Source of the DNA: an uncultured Planctomycetaceae bacterium
GTDB lineage: Bacteria; Planctomycetota; Planctomycetia; Planctomycetales; Planctomycetaceae
NCBI GenBank assembly: GCA_963813715.1
Contig: CAWFAK010000009.1
Location: 96,001 to 160,000, forward strand
Direction of reading: 5' to 3'
Length of the DNA: 64,000 bases
Both the position numbers and the translations under genes were made by a program. Of this stretch, positions 1-12,783 are shown piece after piece. Within the stretch, counting starts at the first letter, position 1; every line of letters starts with the position of its first letter. Under the pieces are notes generated by a model, which worked only from the letters and a program-made list of their open reading frames with translations, did not search any database and had not been told where the DNA came from.

Positions 1-1
1 C

Positions 2-397
2 TCGACGGGTTCGACCAACACGATCTGCACCGAGGCCTCCGGCACGACCTGCTACGCTTACTGGGCCAGTGCTGACGCAGCGGCCGGCAGCGAGACCTCG
101 GGCAACACCGTTGCCTCCGACGTCTGCTTCACTCCGCTCTTCGGTATCAACGGTAGCGGTCTCGGCTGGACCGGTGCGGCTACCGTCGCGCCGGTTCCGA
201 ACGTGATCTACCGCGTCGGTTACCCCGGCGACATCAGCTCGCAACACGAGGCGGGCGCCCAGATCGCGTTGTCGGACGGCTCGGTCCGTTACGTCAGCCA
301 GAGCATCCAGGCCATCGGCAGCGCTTCCGCTCTGCCCGTCCTGTACCTGCTCTGCAACCGGTCGGACCTCCAAGTCTTCTCCTTGCCGCAACAGTAA
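2..397 (+). CDS. C-terminal part of a DUF1559 (SBP_bac_10) / H-X9-DG domain protein, truncated by the window start
   Basis: SSQHEAGAQIALSDGSVRYVSQSI matches the H-X9-DG-SV C-terminal motif of planctomycete prepilin-like DUF1559 proteins; stop codon followed by a terminator. Confidence 0.85.
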   Translation, partial: STGSTNTICTEASGTTCYAYWASADAAAGSETSGNTVASDVCFTPLFGINGSGLGWTGAATVAPVPNVIYRVGYPGDISSQHEAGAQIALSDGSVRYVSQSIQAIGSASALPVLYLLCNRSDLQVFSLPQQ

Positions 398-442
398 GCG
401 GCAGCGCGACGACCTTGGTCTGATGTTCGTTTGAATTCGATC

Positions 443-474
443 GCGACCGCCCCTCACGGGGCGGTCGCTTTTTT
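443..474 (+). terminator. Rho-independent terminator
   Basis: GCGACCGCCCC-TCAC-GGGGCGGTCGC stem-loop followed by TTTTTT. Confidence 0.85.
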
Positions 475-613
475 GCGCAATGTCGATCGACCGCAGGTTC
501 CTGCAATGCACAGTCGGGACGGACGTCTCTCTCGAGCGCGTTTCTCGACGACCTCAGATGCCGATTGTCGCCGAGGCAAATCACGCTCGGTATTCAGCCC
601 AACCGAGGGCGGC

Positions 614-1483
614 TCACGGCAGCCAGAGGGCGCTCGGCGGCTGGGGCTCGTGGCTCTCGCAGGCCAGGCGGCGGGCCTTGATGCGGACGTAGGGAGGCAC
701 ATAGCGGGCGCGGTGGCCGATCTCGCCAACCGCGGCCTGGTCGTCGGCCCGCGACGGTTCGACCAGGTCCTCGATCGCGAACCCGGCCTGGCACAGCCCG
801 CCCACGAGCGCGCTCCACGTGTGCAAGAACTCCACGGCCCCGCTTTCGCGGTACGAGCGATCGGGCACGACCGGCAGCGGACCGTCCTGGGCGTACTCGA
901 GGCCCAACACGTAACGATCCTTGGCGTCCCGATGAGTGACCTGCAGGCTGGCCGGCTGCTTGTGTTGGCTCACATACAGGCCGCCGGCACGCAGCACGCG
1001 GGCCACCTCGCGGTAGACGGCCGTCACGTCCGGGACATAGCACGTGCTCACCGGCTGATGCACGATGTCGAAGGACGCCGCGCCGAGCGGCGCCAGGTCG
1101 TCCATCGACGCCTCGACGAGCCGCACACTGAGCCCGCGCCGGGCGGCCTCGCGCTCGTCGAGCTGCAGCATCGACGGGCTGATGTCGGCCACCGTGACCC
1201 GTGCGCCGGCCGCCGCGTACAAAATGGCCTGCCAGCCGCCAGCGGAGGCCAGGCACAAGACGTCGAGCCCGTCGACCGATCGGGGCAGCCAGCCGCGGCC
1301 GTCGAGCGTACCCAGCGGATCGCGGCACTCCTCGTCGGTGGCGACCTTGGCAAACACGCTGCCCGACTCGGCCAGCCGATTCCAGGCCGCGCGGTTTTGC
1401 GCCCGTGACGCGGCTCTGGCGGCGCTGCCGTCACCGCCATCACTGTGGCCGAGGGACTCAAGCTCTCGGGGCGACAAGTCCAC
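614..1483 (-). CDS. Class I SAM-dependent methyltransferase
   Basis: VLCLASAGG motif I, VTVADIS, FDIVHQPVS and RVLRAGG motifs. Confidence 0.85.
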   Translation of the reverse strand: MDLSPRELESLGHSDGGDGSAARAASRAQNRAAWNRLAESGSVFAKVATDEECRDPLGTLDGRGWLPRSVDGLDVLCLASAGGWQAILYAAAGARVTVADISPSMLQLDEREAARRGLSVRLVEASMDDLAPLGAASFDIVHQPVSTCYVPDVTAVYREVARVLRAGGLYVSQHKQPASLQVTHRDAKDRYVLGLEYAQDGPLPVVPDRSYRESGAVEFLHTWSALVGGLCQAGFAIEDLVEPSRADDQAAVGEIGHRARYVPPYVRIKARRLACESHEPQPPSALWLP

Positions 1484-1535
1484 CTCTGGGCAAAGATTTC
1501 GCGCGGCGGCTCAAAGGCGCCGGCCCGCGCACGAA

Positions 1536-2770
1536 TCAGCTCTGGGCGGCTTGAGACGACGGGCGCTTACTGGACTGCCCGACGAGAGCCGAAGTAAAGC
1601 CGATCAGATCCCCTTTTTCCCGGGCCGCGTCGCGGAACAAGTCGAGCCGGCCCGCCTCCTCGCACAGCTGTGCGAAAGAAAAACCGCTCGACTCATCCAG
1701 GTCGCGCAAATGTTCGGCCGCGACCAGCACCGCGTCCCCGAACGCCCCGCCGCGGACGAGCAGATCGACCAGCACGTAAGCGATCAGCCGGCGGTCGTCT
1801 GTTTCGGCGCTGCGGTGAGCCGCTCGCGGAAATAGTCGAGCGAGGCCGCCCGGTCCACGCCTGCCAGCACGCGGAAGAAGTGCCGATGGGCCTCGTAGTA
1901 ATCGTCAAAGGGCGGATCGGACGGATAGTGAAATTGCCGCGAAAGCCGCCGCCCGTATTCGCAGAGCTCAATGGCCTTGGCCAGTTGCGGGCTCTCGGGC
2001 GTGAGGAAACGGGCAAAGCGAACGACGGACGCCAGGTGCGACACGTCGACGTGGTAATTGCCCTCCTCGAACAGCCAATCGCGATCGGCAATCGCCTCGA
2101 GCAGCGACTGCGGCTGAGCCGCGCCTGTCGCTGCCCTGGCCGACGCTGTCGCGGCGTCCGTCGAAGAATTCTCGGCAGCGCGGCGTTCGATGTCCCGGCA
2201 GACCGAGCTCAACAGTTCGTCGTACAGGTGGCTCACCAACAGCTCGGCCCCGCGGAGCCGCTCGTCCGACGAGATTTGGGCGATCGCCTGGTCGAAGGCC
2301 GTGATCGTGTTGCAGGTGCCGCGCGACTTGAGCATCAGCTCGAGCCCCTTCACGGGATGAGCTTTCTCATAGAGGGCGACCGAAATCAGGTCGTCGATAT
2401 TTTCCGGCAGGCCGTTGTTGGCGTCGATCTTCTCGAGCGCCTGGGCCACGACCTGCGGCTCGCGCACGGTCCGCAGGTACATCCAGGCTTGGGGAATGTT
2501 GTTTTCGTCGAGGAAGGCGCGGCCGACCCGGCGGGCGGCCTCGATATAGGCTTCCTCGAATTCCTGCTGGCGGTCTTCGGGAACCTGGTCGAACGACGAG
2601 GGCCGAGCGGTCGGCAGCCCCATCGCGAGTTTTTTCTTGAGCAGGAGCGCGTCGAACAGCCGGTGCCAGTCGTGGCCGGCCTCGAACGTGCGGACCAGCT
2701 CGTCGACGGCGGCCGCCGGTCCGTGGGAGCGGTTGGCTTCGTCGATCTTGGCGAATTCGGAATCGCTCAT
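1536..2770 (-). CDS. Alpha-helical hypothetical protein (frameshift near 1780)
   Basis: ORFs 1784-2791 and 1536-1775 read as one continuous helical protein; co-oriented with its neighbours. Confidence 0.7.
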
Positions 2771-2824
2771 GCCGGTCACAACCGCTTTCAAAGCCGAGCC
2801 TTCACTAGCGAGCTCAGAGCCAGC

Positions 2825-3373
2825 TCAGTGACAACAGCCGTTCGAGCCGCCACCCGAGCCGCATCCCCCCGAACCGCAGCCGTGTCCGCTCTCCGCCGGC
2901 ACCAGGCCGTCGGCCCCGACCGATTGCACTTCGACGACGCCCAGTCCGGCGGCCGCCGCCTGCAGCGCAAGCCGCGTGCACTCCGGTCCCCGCTCGTTGA
3001 GCACGTAGAGAATCAGTTTGGAGCGATCGAGAGTCCATTCGAGATCGATCAATTCCAGCTGCAGCTTCCACTCGCGAATGCGAGCCTGCCAGCCGGCGAA
3101 TTGCGATTCGCAGTCGGACCGGAGCGACTGCCCGGCGCGACGATCGTCGTCGCTCAGCGGCCGGAGGATGCGGGCCAGCTCCGCTTCGTCACTCTCGGGG
3201 GCGAACGAACCATTGATCTCAGCCGGGGCGTCTTCCAGGAGCAGCCCCGTTTCCAGCCCGCGATGGCTCTGCACGACCACTTCGGTCCCGCGACCGAGCG
3301 TGCTTCCGCTGGCGTTGACGAACCGGGAGACTTCAGAAATCGCGCCGTATCGAACGAGGACCGTTTTGCTCAT
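2825..3373 (-). CDS. PSP1 C-terminal domain protein (RicT/YaaT-like)
   Basis: VVVQSHRGLETG, ILRPLSDDD and LELIDLEWTLDRSKLILY are typical of PSP1; Cys/Gly-rich tail GCGSGGCGSGGGSNGCCH. Confidence 0.8.
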   Translation of the reverse strand: MSKTVLVRYGAISEVSRFVNASGSTLGRGTEVVVQSHRGLETGLLLEDAPAEINGSFAPESDEAELARILRPLSDDDRRAGQSLRSDCESQFAGWQARIREWKLQLELIDLEWTLDRSKLILYVLNERGPECTRLALQAAAAGLGVVEVQSVGADGLVPAESGHGCGSGGCGSGGGSNGCCH

Positions 3374-3436
3374 GACGCCCGTTTGCTGTCCGCCGGTTGA
3401 CCACCGGGCTAATTGCCACCGTAGATCACCGCTTGG

Positions 3437-5493
3437 CTATTCGCCGCCCGATGCTTCGCCGCTCTCGGTGGCCTGGTCAGTCGATTGCTCAACCTGCACC
3501 AAGGGTTCCACGTCGCCGCGGACGAAACGCCCCATCAGGCTCTCGTACATTGTATGCTGACCCAGAACGGAGCGGGGCTCAAGGGCGGGGAGCAAACTGC
3601 GATAATACATCCACTTGAGCGGGCCGACTTCCAACAGATAACCGGCCGCTTCGCCCGAAGGTACAGGCGCCCCGGCATACGCCACCGTCAGCCGCCGCCA
3701 GGCCGCCGGACTGCGACGCCGTCGCGGATTCCAGTCGATCACCAAGGGCGCATAGAGGCCGCCGACTCCGGTTTGCGACAGCTCCATGCGGCCGTCGACG
3801 CCGATCAAGTGCCCGGAGACGCCCTCCACACGTGAACAGTTGAGACCCAGCGGAAAGGCCCGCGCCGTGCGCCCGCCAAACACCAGCCGCGACTCGCGGG
3901 TGCGGGTTTGGGCGATGAGTGCGGCATCGGGCGCCAGCGTCCAGCGGGTCGTGCTTTCCAGCTTGGCGGCGCTGCCCACAGTCTCGGGGTCCGCCACCAC
4001 GACGTCGGCCAAGAGCGCGAAATCGTCGGTTCGGGAGAGGAATATCTGCCGCTCGATCCGCAGGCCGTCGGGACGCGATTGCAGCTCGAAGTAATCTCCG
4101 TCGTCGTCAGTTTGCCAGCAAACGCACGACCAGTCGGCCGGCTCCACAGTCCGACCGTCAAGCCGCACCTCGATCTCCCAATCGCCGGCGAAGAGCGTCG
4201 TGCCACCGACCGCCATCTCGAGCGTCGGATAACGCCCGTGGTGGGCGACGACGACCGAACTCGCGCTTCGCGACCAACCGTCGCGGAGGCAGGCCAGGCG
4301 GCTCTCGTCGGACTGAAAGACGGGCCACGGGGCACCTTTCGGCAGATGGCCGTTCGACTCGCGCCCGTTTCGCCTACGGCCGTTGCGGGCGGCTCCATTT
4401 CGCCGCGAGGCGCGGCGTGTCGTCCCGCCGCGATTCGCGCTACCATTGGCGCCGTCGGCTAGCGATCGCAAGTAACTGGCGGCCGGGGAGACCTGCTGAC
4501 CGCGAGGGGGCAACGCGCTGGCAGCCGCCGACCAGACTTGCGCCACCCCGTTGACCTCGCCACCGACGAGTGCGGGCCGGCCATCTTCTCGACAGAGCTT
4601 GGCGACCGCCGTCACCACGCCCCGCAACCGCTTTTCCTGCGACGCACCAAATAGCGGCCGGCCGAAATGTCTTCCCCATTCCCGCGCCCGCACGAGCGAC
4701 GTCATCCAACTGGGCAAATCGGCAAGCGCCCTGGCCACGGGAACGCCGGCGGCGTCGCTGGCGTCGGCGATCAACTGCCCGAATGCGGTGCGCCCCGCGT
4801 CGCGAAGCGAGCTCGAACCGGCAACCGGGGCGAACAACAATCCCGCCTGCCAGGACAATTCGGCCTCCCGGGCAATCGCCGCGAGATGCGTGCGGGCAGT
4901 GGGCGGTTCGTCGCCGACGGACGGAGCGGCTTTGGAGAAGCGGGCGAGGCAGATTTCCAAAATGGCCCGCCACAACCGGGCTGCTTGCTCGAGCGATAGC
5001 TCTTGGGCCGCATCGCGGAGAATTTCCAGCAGCATGAGCAGCTCGAGCGGCTGGACCGGGTCCGTCTCGTCGCGGGCAGCCAGCCAAACGTCGAGTGCCG
5101 CGCTCAATTGGGCGGTCGGCGGAGCCTGCTTCCGGGCGACTGCCGCAGTTCGCACGCGGCGAGCACTTTTTCGCTTGGATCGCCCAGCGGCGGACGTGGC
5201 TGAATGCGCAGCGAAAGGCCTTCCAGGCCGCCACCAGCCCGGCACGCGCGGGGCGGGCACTCGAGGTCGTGCAGCGACCAGAGCGCGAGCTTGCCGAGCG
5301 TCTGCGTCGGACCTCGCCGTCGATTTCGCGCTGCTGAACTGTGCGAGGAGCAGGCGGACGGCGCGCTGCCAGTCGCCCGCTTGCGCTCTCGCCGCAGGGC
5401 CTTCGGGGCAGCCGGGTCCCAATCGATCCGGCGGAAGAAGTCCGCGTCGTCCGCGAGCGGATTCGATTCAGTAGCCGGCCCGAACGCGATCAA
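3437..5493 (-). CDS. Hypothetical protein with a possible heparinase II/III-like C-terminal region (frameshift near 5390-5420)
   Basis: Long ORF 3437-5422 plus an N-terminal segment from the 5104-5493 frame; LACLRDGW segment followed by a beta-rich C-terminus. Confidence 0.6.
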
Positions 5494-5613
5494 TCTCCGA
5501 CCTCAACGCGAGCGTGCACAGGGATGGACCCGCACCAGATTAGCCGATCGGACGTCGATTGAAAACGCGCCGCGAGAGAGTCGCGGCGAGGTGCCCGCAT
5601 ACGCGGACGTTCG

Positions 5614-6889
5614 TTAGCCGGCGATAAGATTCACCACGTCCGAATTCTCGTGAAACAGTTCGTCGTACGGATCGGTTACGCCCACCTGCCCCAGGCGGAT
5701 GACGGCGAGGCCGGGAGATTTTCCCGGCTCGATCGTTCCGAGCCGGTCAGCGAGCCCCAGCGCAATTGCGCCATGCAGCGTTCCCATCCGCAGCAATTGG
5801 GCCGCGTCGGCAGCGGGGAAAATTGCGTCGCAAAAACTGCAACTCGCCCCAAACGCTCAAGTCGGGATTGGAGCAGCGGCCGTCGGTGCCGATCGCAACG
5901 ACGGCCCCGCGCTCGGCCAGCTTTTGCCACGGATGATCGCGGTGTCCGAAGAAAGCGTGCGTCCGAGGGCAGTAGACGAGCGTGAAATTCGGCCGGACGG
6001 CCAGAAAATCCAGCTCGTCCTCGGCGAGATAGTTCCCGTGTGCGATGGCCACGCGCGGCAGCGGTGCGAGCCGGCGGAGAAAGTCGAGCGGCCGCGTGCC
6101 GCCCGGGTAGAGCGGTCCCTGCCAGATGCCGGCCGCCGTCAGCATCTCGACGAGGTCGCCCGTCCCCGCCGCCAGGCACTCGAGCTCGGCCCGCGTCTCG
6201 GCCAAGTGCATCGTCAGCGGAGCGCGGGCATTGAGCGCCAGCGAAATGGCCGAGTCGAGCAGCCGCGGATGCACGGTGTAGGGAGCGTGCGGGCTGAGGC
6301 CACGCACGACACCTTGTGAGCTCATCGTGGATGGATGATCGAGGAACTCGGCCGCCGTCCCCGTTTGCAGGGCGACCGTAGCCGGGTCGAGACCCAGCAG
6401 CTCGCGAAAGGCCACAACGTGGGTCGGACGCTGAGCCAAATCCTGATCGGGGTCGGCAGCCGAATACTGGTCCGGCTTGCCCCGCGTGTCGATATCGCCG
6501 ACGGCGATCGTGCCGCACGTGCGCGATTGGGACAGTCCCGCGCGAATGGCCCGCTCGGCGTCGCCCCGCTGCCGTCGATACGCGACCAGCGCCCGCAGCC
6601 AGGCGGCGAACGGCTGGGCCGGCTGCAGCGGCTCGGCCAGCTCACTGAATTCCAGGTGCGTGTGAGCATTCACCAGCCCCGGCACGAGCGCCACATCGCC
6701 CAGATCGTGCACTCCGGCAGGCGGCTCGCGGTGCACCGCGAGCACGCGACCCGACGCGTCGATTTCGACCGCGCCGCCGGCAAGCGGCGGGCCCGAGACG
6801 GGGAAAATCCAACGGGCACGGACCGAAAACGAGGCACCGGGCGGCGGCCGAAACGTTTGCGGATCCACGTTGCCACTTCCTCGCGGCAC
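5614..6889 (-). CDS. Metal-dependent amidohydrolase, probable aminodeoxyfutalosine deaminase (frameshift near 5800)
   Basis: PGLVNAHTHLE, SPHAPY, HLAET, AHGN, AIGTD and GTIEPGK motifs; same strand and cluster as mqnA/mqnC. Confidence 0.8.
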
Positions 6890-6916
6890 GACTGGTTCGC
6901 CCCTTCGCCCTATCCG

Positions 6917-9404
6917 TTAGCCGTTGAGCGACTGCCCCGGCGCCACTGGCTCGGCCTTCCGCACCCTCAACTGCGACTGTTTGAGCGCGACAAGCTCCTC
7001 GGCGTCCGCGGCCAACGGTTGTTTGCGGCCGTCGCGGACCAGCCAGGTGATGAGCGTCACGGCCACGACGGCGGCCACGATCAGGCAGGTCGTCGTGTAG
7101 CCGATCCCCTCGCTGTCCTTCGCGACGAGCCACTTCAGCACGGGCAGTTCGACGACCGCGTCGCCGGCCCGCGATCGCACCGACTCCAGCGAGTTGTACA
7201 GAATGTGGAACACGACGCCCGGCCAAAGGCTGCCGCTCCGCAGCGCCAGCAGGCCGAGCACGAGCCCGATCAGCACGGCATTAAACACCTGCTGCGGGAT
7301 GATGTGGCTGATGCCGAAGGCGAGGGCCGAGAGCAGGATCGCCATGCCGGGGCGGGCCGAGCGGGCAAAACCGCTCAAGATAAAGCCGCGAAACGCCAGC
7401 TCTTCGCAGATGCCCGGCGCGACGGCCAGCGCCAGGATCACCAGCCAAAGCGGCAAAGTCGGATCGGCCAGGTTTTGCACCGCGTCGGTCACCGACTTGG
7501 CCAGCGGCGGGAAGAACCAGCCCTGCAGCCATCTTTGCAGCGCCACCGACAGCGGTCCGCACGCGAGCGGCAGCACGCAGGCGACAGCCAGGTAACGCCA
7601 GTTCGGCAGGCGCAGGCGAAACGTCCGCGCGAAGTTCGTCGTCAGCATGATGCCCATGAACAGGGCCGGCAGCCGACAAAGACGAGCTGCTGGGTGAGCA
7701 ACAATCTCAACGTCGAGCGGGGATCGATGTGGCCGCCGGTGACCACGAGGCCGCCGCTCAAAAACCGCGACGCGACGAATTGCAAGAGCAGCACCAGGAC
7801 GAAGCAGAACGTGGCCTCGGCGAAGCTGGGGGTCGATTCCTTGTCGCGGAGCAAATGCCGGATCCAGAGGCGCACGTCGAACCGCTCGGCCTCGCGAAAG
7901 AGGACGTCTTCGCGATTGAACATCTCGATGGCCCACCACAGCCCGGCCAGGCTGTAGGCGATGCTCGTCGCCAGCACGGGAATCCCATAGACGAGGGGCG
8001 CCGAACTGCCGGGCGACGCCAGCACTTCTTTGAGCAAGAGGGCCGGCCCGACCACGGGCAGAATGCTGTAAAGCGGCTCGATCTCGACCACGGGCGACAG
8101 GCAGAACATCGTGAGGCCCAGCGTCACCAGCAAGAGCGGCGTGAGGTAATACTGCCCCTCCTTGGTGCTGCGGGCAAAAGTCGCCAGGGCCAGGCTGATC
8201 GCGCTATAAAACGCCGAGAGCGGCAAGAGCAACAGGATCAGCCAAGTCAGCTCCCACGGTCCGGGGAACGACAGCGTGTCGGCCCCCATCCGTGAGAGCG
8301 CCTCGTTCCGCGCCATGCCGACGACGTATTTGCCCGTAATACCCATGCTCAGCAGGTTGAGCAGCACGGTCGAGATGCTGAAGGTGAGGACGGTGAAGAA
8401 CTTGCCCAGCACGATCTCGCTGCGTTGGGCGGGCGAGATCAGCAGGGTCTCCATCGTGCCGCGTTCTTTCTCGCCGGCCGCCAGGTCGACCGCCGGATAA
8501 AACGCCCCGGTCACCGCCATGATGATCAGGAGCGTGGGAAACATTTTGCTCCACAGGCTGGCCGACACCTGGCGGGCAATCGCCACGTCGAGCAGCTCGG
8601 GATCGACCGGCTTGGCCAGCCCGGCGGGCAGCTTGGCCTCGCTCAGGCGATCCTGCAGCAGCCGCTGCTCCCAGGCGGTCAGCACGAGCCGCACCCGCTG
8701 GTAGGCGAAGGCCGACTTTTCGTCCGCGCTATTTTGCACGACGAGCAGGCGAACTTTTTTGAGATCGCTGGGGTCGAGCGGCGCAGCCCTTGGCACGGGC
8801 GGCGAGCGCTTTGTTGGTTCGCTCGACCTCCTGCTTGAGCCCGGCGGGCGCGATGATCAGCACCTGGACCTTCGAGGCGCTGAACCGCTCGGCGAGCTCT
8901 TCCTTGAGCGATTGCACCCGCTCGACCAGTTTCTGTTCGTCGGCCGAGTTCGCGGTCGTGCCCCAGGCGATCGAGCTGCTTTTCCAACTCCTCGAGCTCT
9001 TGGGATTTGGTCGCGAGTTGCCTCGCTTCGTCGAGCACGACGGCGTTCGCTTCGACTTCCGGCTTGTCCGGCCCCGCCTTGTCCTGCCCCGAGGCGTCCG
9101 ACTCGCCGCGCGGCTTGCCGTCGTGAATCACGCGGAGCTTGTCGGCGTCGTCGGGCACCGCGAACCACTGCTGGTCGAAGTGGTGGTCGCTCAAGAGGGG
9201 CGGGTCGGCCGGCAGGTTGTCCGTGCCCAACAGCACGATCGTCCGCGGCTGCTCCCGGAACAAGAACGAGATCTCCACCATGCCGATTGCCAGGCCCGGA
9301 TAGAGCAGCATCGGCAGCACGACGATCATGAACAGCGTCCGCCGATCGCGGATCTGGTCGCGAACTTCGCGGAGAAAGACCAGGCGGACGTTCCTGCGGT
9401 TCAT
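6917..9404 (-). CDS. NatB-like ABC-2 permease fused to a CPBP (Abi/CAAX) intramembrane protease domain (frameshifts near 8950, 8790 and 7670)
   Basis: [15 protein letters not shown]-terminus; [16 protein letters not shown] (NatB); [16 protein letters not shown] and HILYN (CPBP motifs). Confidence 0.85.
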
Positions 9405-10163
9405 GGGGCGGCCGCCAGCCCTTCCTCGGCTTCGGAGATCAGGTCGAAGAACAACTCCTCGAAGTCCGACTTGCCGAAACGTGCGAGCAGCTCCTGCGGC
9501 GTGCCGGCCGCCAGGATCCGCCCCTTATGAATGATGGCGACGCGGTCGCAGAGCTTTTCGACCTCGCGCATGATGTGCGTCGAAAAGACGATGCACTTCC
9601 CCTGGTCGCGCAGCAAGTCGATCGTTTTGAGCACGGCCCGGGCCACCAGCACGTCGAGCCCGGTGGTCGGCTCGTCGAAGATCAGCACGGGCGGATTGTG
9701 GACGATCGTGCGGGCGATCGACACTTTCTGCTTCATGCCGGTCGACATCTTCGAGCCGAGCACGTCGCGGAATTCCTGCATCTGCAGCTTGGTGAAGACC
9801 TCGTCGAGCCGCTGCGAAAGGCGACGGCTCTTCCATGCCGTAGAGCCGGGCGAAGTATTCGACCAGCTCCCAGGCGGTCATGCGGTCGTAGATGCCCGTG
9901 TTGCCCGACATGAAGCCGATGCGGGCGCGGACTTCGGCCGCCTGGGTCAGCACGTCGTAGCCGGCGACGCGTGGCAATGCCGCTGGTCGGCTTGAGCACG
10001 GTGCTCGAGCACGCGGAGGCACGTGGTTTTGCCGGCGCCGTTGGGTCCCAGCAGTCCGAAGATCTCGCCGGGCTGCACGTCGAAGCGACACGTCCTCGAG
10101 CGCGACGACGCTGCCCCGGCGGAAGTCGGTAAAGCGTTTGGAAACGTGCTCGACGTGAATCAT
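9401..10163 (-). CDS. NatA-like ABC transporter ATP-binding subunit (several frameshifts)
   Basis: Walker A GPNGAGKT across frames, signature STGMKQK, Walker B LIFDEPT, STH switch; overlaps the permease start. Confidence 0.85.
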
Positions 10164-10432
10164 CAGGGATCCGCCCGGGTGACGCGCTCGCTGCACGCCT
10201 CACTGAAGTTTACCGCGTCCCAGGGGGCGCGCAACAGCGGACTTCGCGCCCGGCGACTCGGGAATCCGACCGACACTCCGCCTGTGCAGGCGACGTAAAT
10301 TGCGCCCGAGGCTGCCGGTGCAGGAAAATCAACGGGGGGCACCGCTTTTGCCTGCGCGGATGGCCCCTGCGGGATGCTCGTTGAATAAAAAAAGCAACGT
10401 GCATTCTGCAGTTGTCAATCCAAATCACCGTG

Positions 10433-10527
10433 CGGGTGGCGGGGGCGCTCTGCGTTTCGCGGAAGCCCCCGACTCTTGGATCGCGCCGCATTCCGGGGCT
10501 TCCGCGGAGCGGAGCGCCGGCCACCCG
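10433..10527. repeat. Long imperfect intergenic inverted repeat (REP-doublet-like)
   Basis: CGGGTGGC..GGCGCTC..CGCGGAAGCCCC pairs with GGGGCTTCCGCG..GAGCGCC..GCCACCCG. Confidence 0.7.
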
Positions 10528-10547
10528 GCCACTGAATAAACCGCGAC

Positions 10548-11685
<1,138 letters not shown>

Positions 11686-11714
<29 letters not shown>

Positions 11715-12508
11715 GCTCCACCCCCTGGGGAATGATTTCCAGCCGGGCCGCCAGCCGCGCGAATAGCCGCAATCCGCTCCGCTCGGCCGGCCCGATGCGA
11801 AAGTGCAAGTTCTTGGTGAGATAGTTGTATGCCGTCGGCTCGGTCAAGCCAAGCAGCGGAGCCTCCCGCTTGGCGATCGCCGCCGCCCGCTTCGACGCCC
11901 AAATCGCGAGCCCGGCCCAACGCCTCTTCGACGGCCGACAGCTCGGTCCCCGTGCGGGCTGCCCACACCGCGAACACAAAGGGCAGCCCGCTCCAGCGAA
12001 GCCATTCTTCGCCCAGATCCCACGTGGCGACGAAGTCTCCGGTCGGCTCGTGCATGGCCCGGTCGCCGATCATCAGCACCGCGTCGGCCCGCGTGGCGTC
12101 GGGCGATTGCTCGAACGGAAACGGCTCGATCCGCGGCGTCACGCCGTACCGCTCTCGCAGCATGATCCGCACCAAGGCCGCGCTCGTTCGCGAGCCGACG
12201 TCGAGCGCCAGCGTGCGGATCAGTCCGAACGGGACGCGGCTATACAGCTTGACGCTCATCACGGGACCGTGCGTGGCCACGCAGGCGTCGGAGATGACTT
12301 CGTAGTTGGGATGCCGCAGCACTTCGATCGAGGGGACGAGCGCAACGTCGAGCCGGCCCGCTTCCAGATCGTCGGCCAGACGGCTCGGATAGTCGAGCGT
12401 CAGCTCGGCTTCGGGAAGCAGCTCGGCAAGCCCCTCGATGAGCGGCTTGGAGTTCAGATAGTTGACCGCACCGATACGTACGGCCCCATCGATCGACGTA
12501 GTCATCAT
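11686..12508 (-). CDS. mqnA: Chorismate dehydratase (frameshift near 11890)
   Basis: RIGAVNYLNSKPL, GPVMSV, SRTS, IGDRA, DLGEEW and LPFVFAVW motifs; overlaps mqnC. Confidence 0.92.
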
Positions 12509-12783
12509 GACGTCCTTTTCCATCCCGGGAGTGTTCGCCGACCGCAGCGCGGCAGTTCTCCCATAGAATGCGGAATCTGGCCGTCTCATTCAAGCGATTT
12601 GGGCCTCCCAGGGCCGTTTCCGCCCGATCGGCGCACGGGCCAGGCCGATTGACCCCTCCCCGACCCGTGCGCCACAATGGCCACCGCCGACCACTCCTGG
12701 CGAGCGGCCTACGCCAGTGAGAACCGCAAACGGTGGCGAGGTTTAACAGGCCTTTTCCCCGACTGAGCGACGAAATCCATCGA

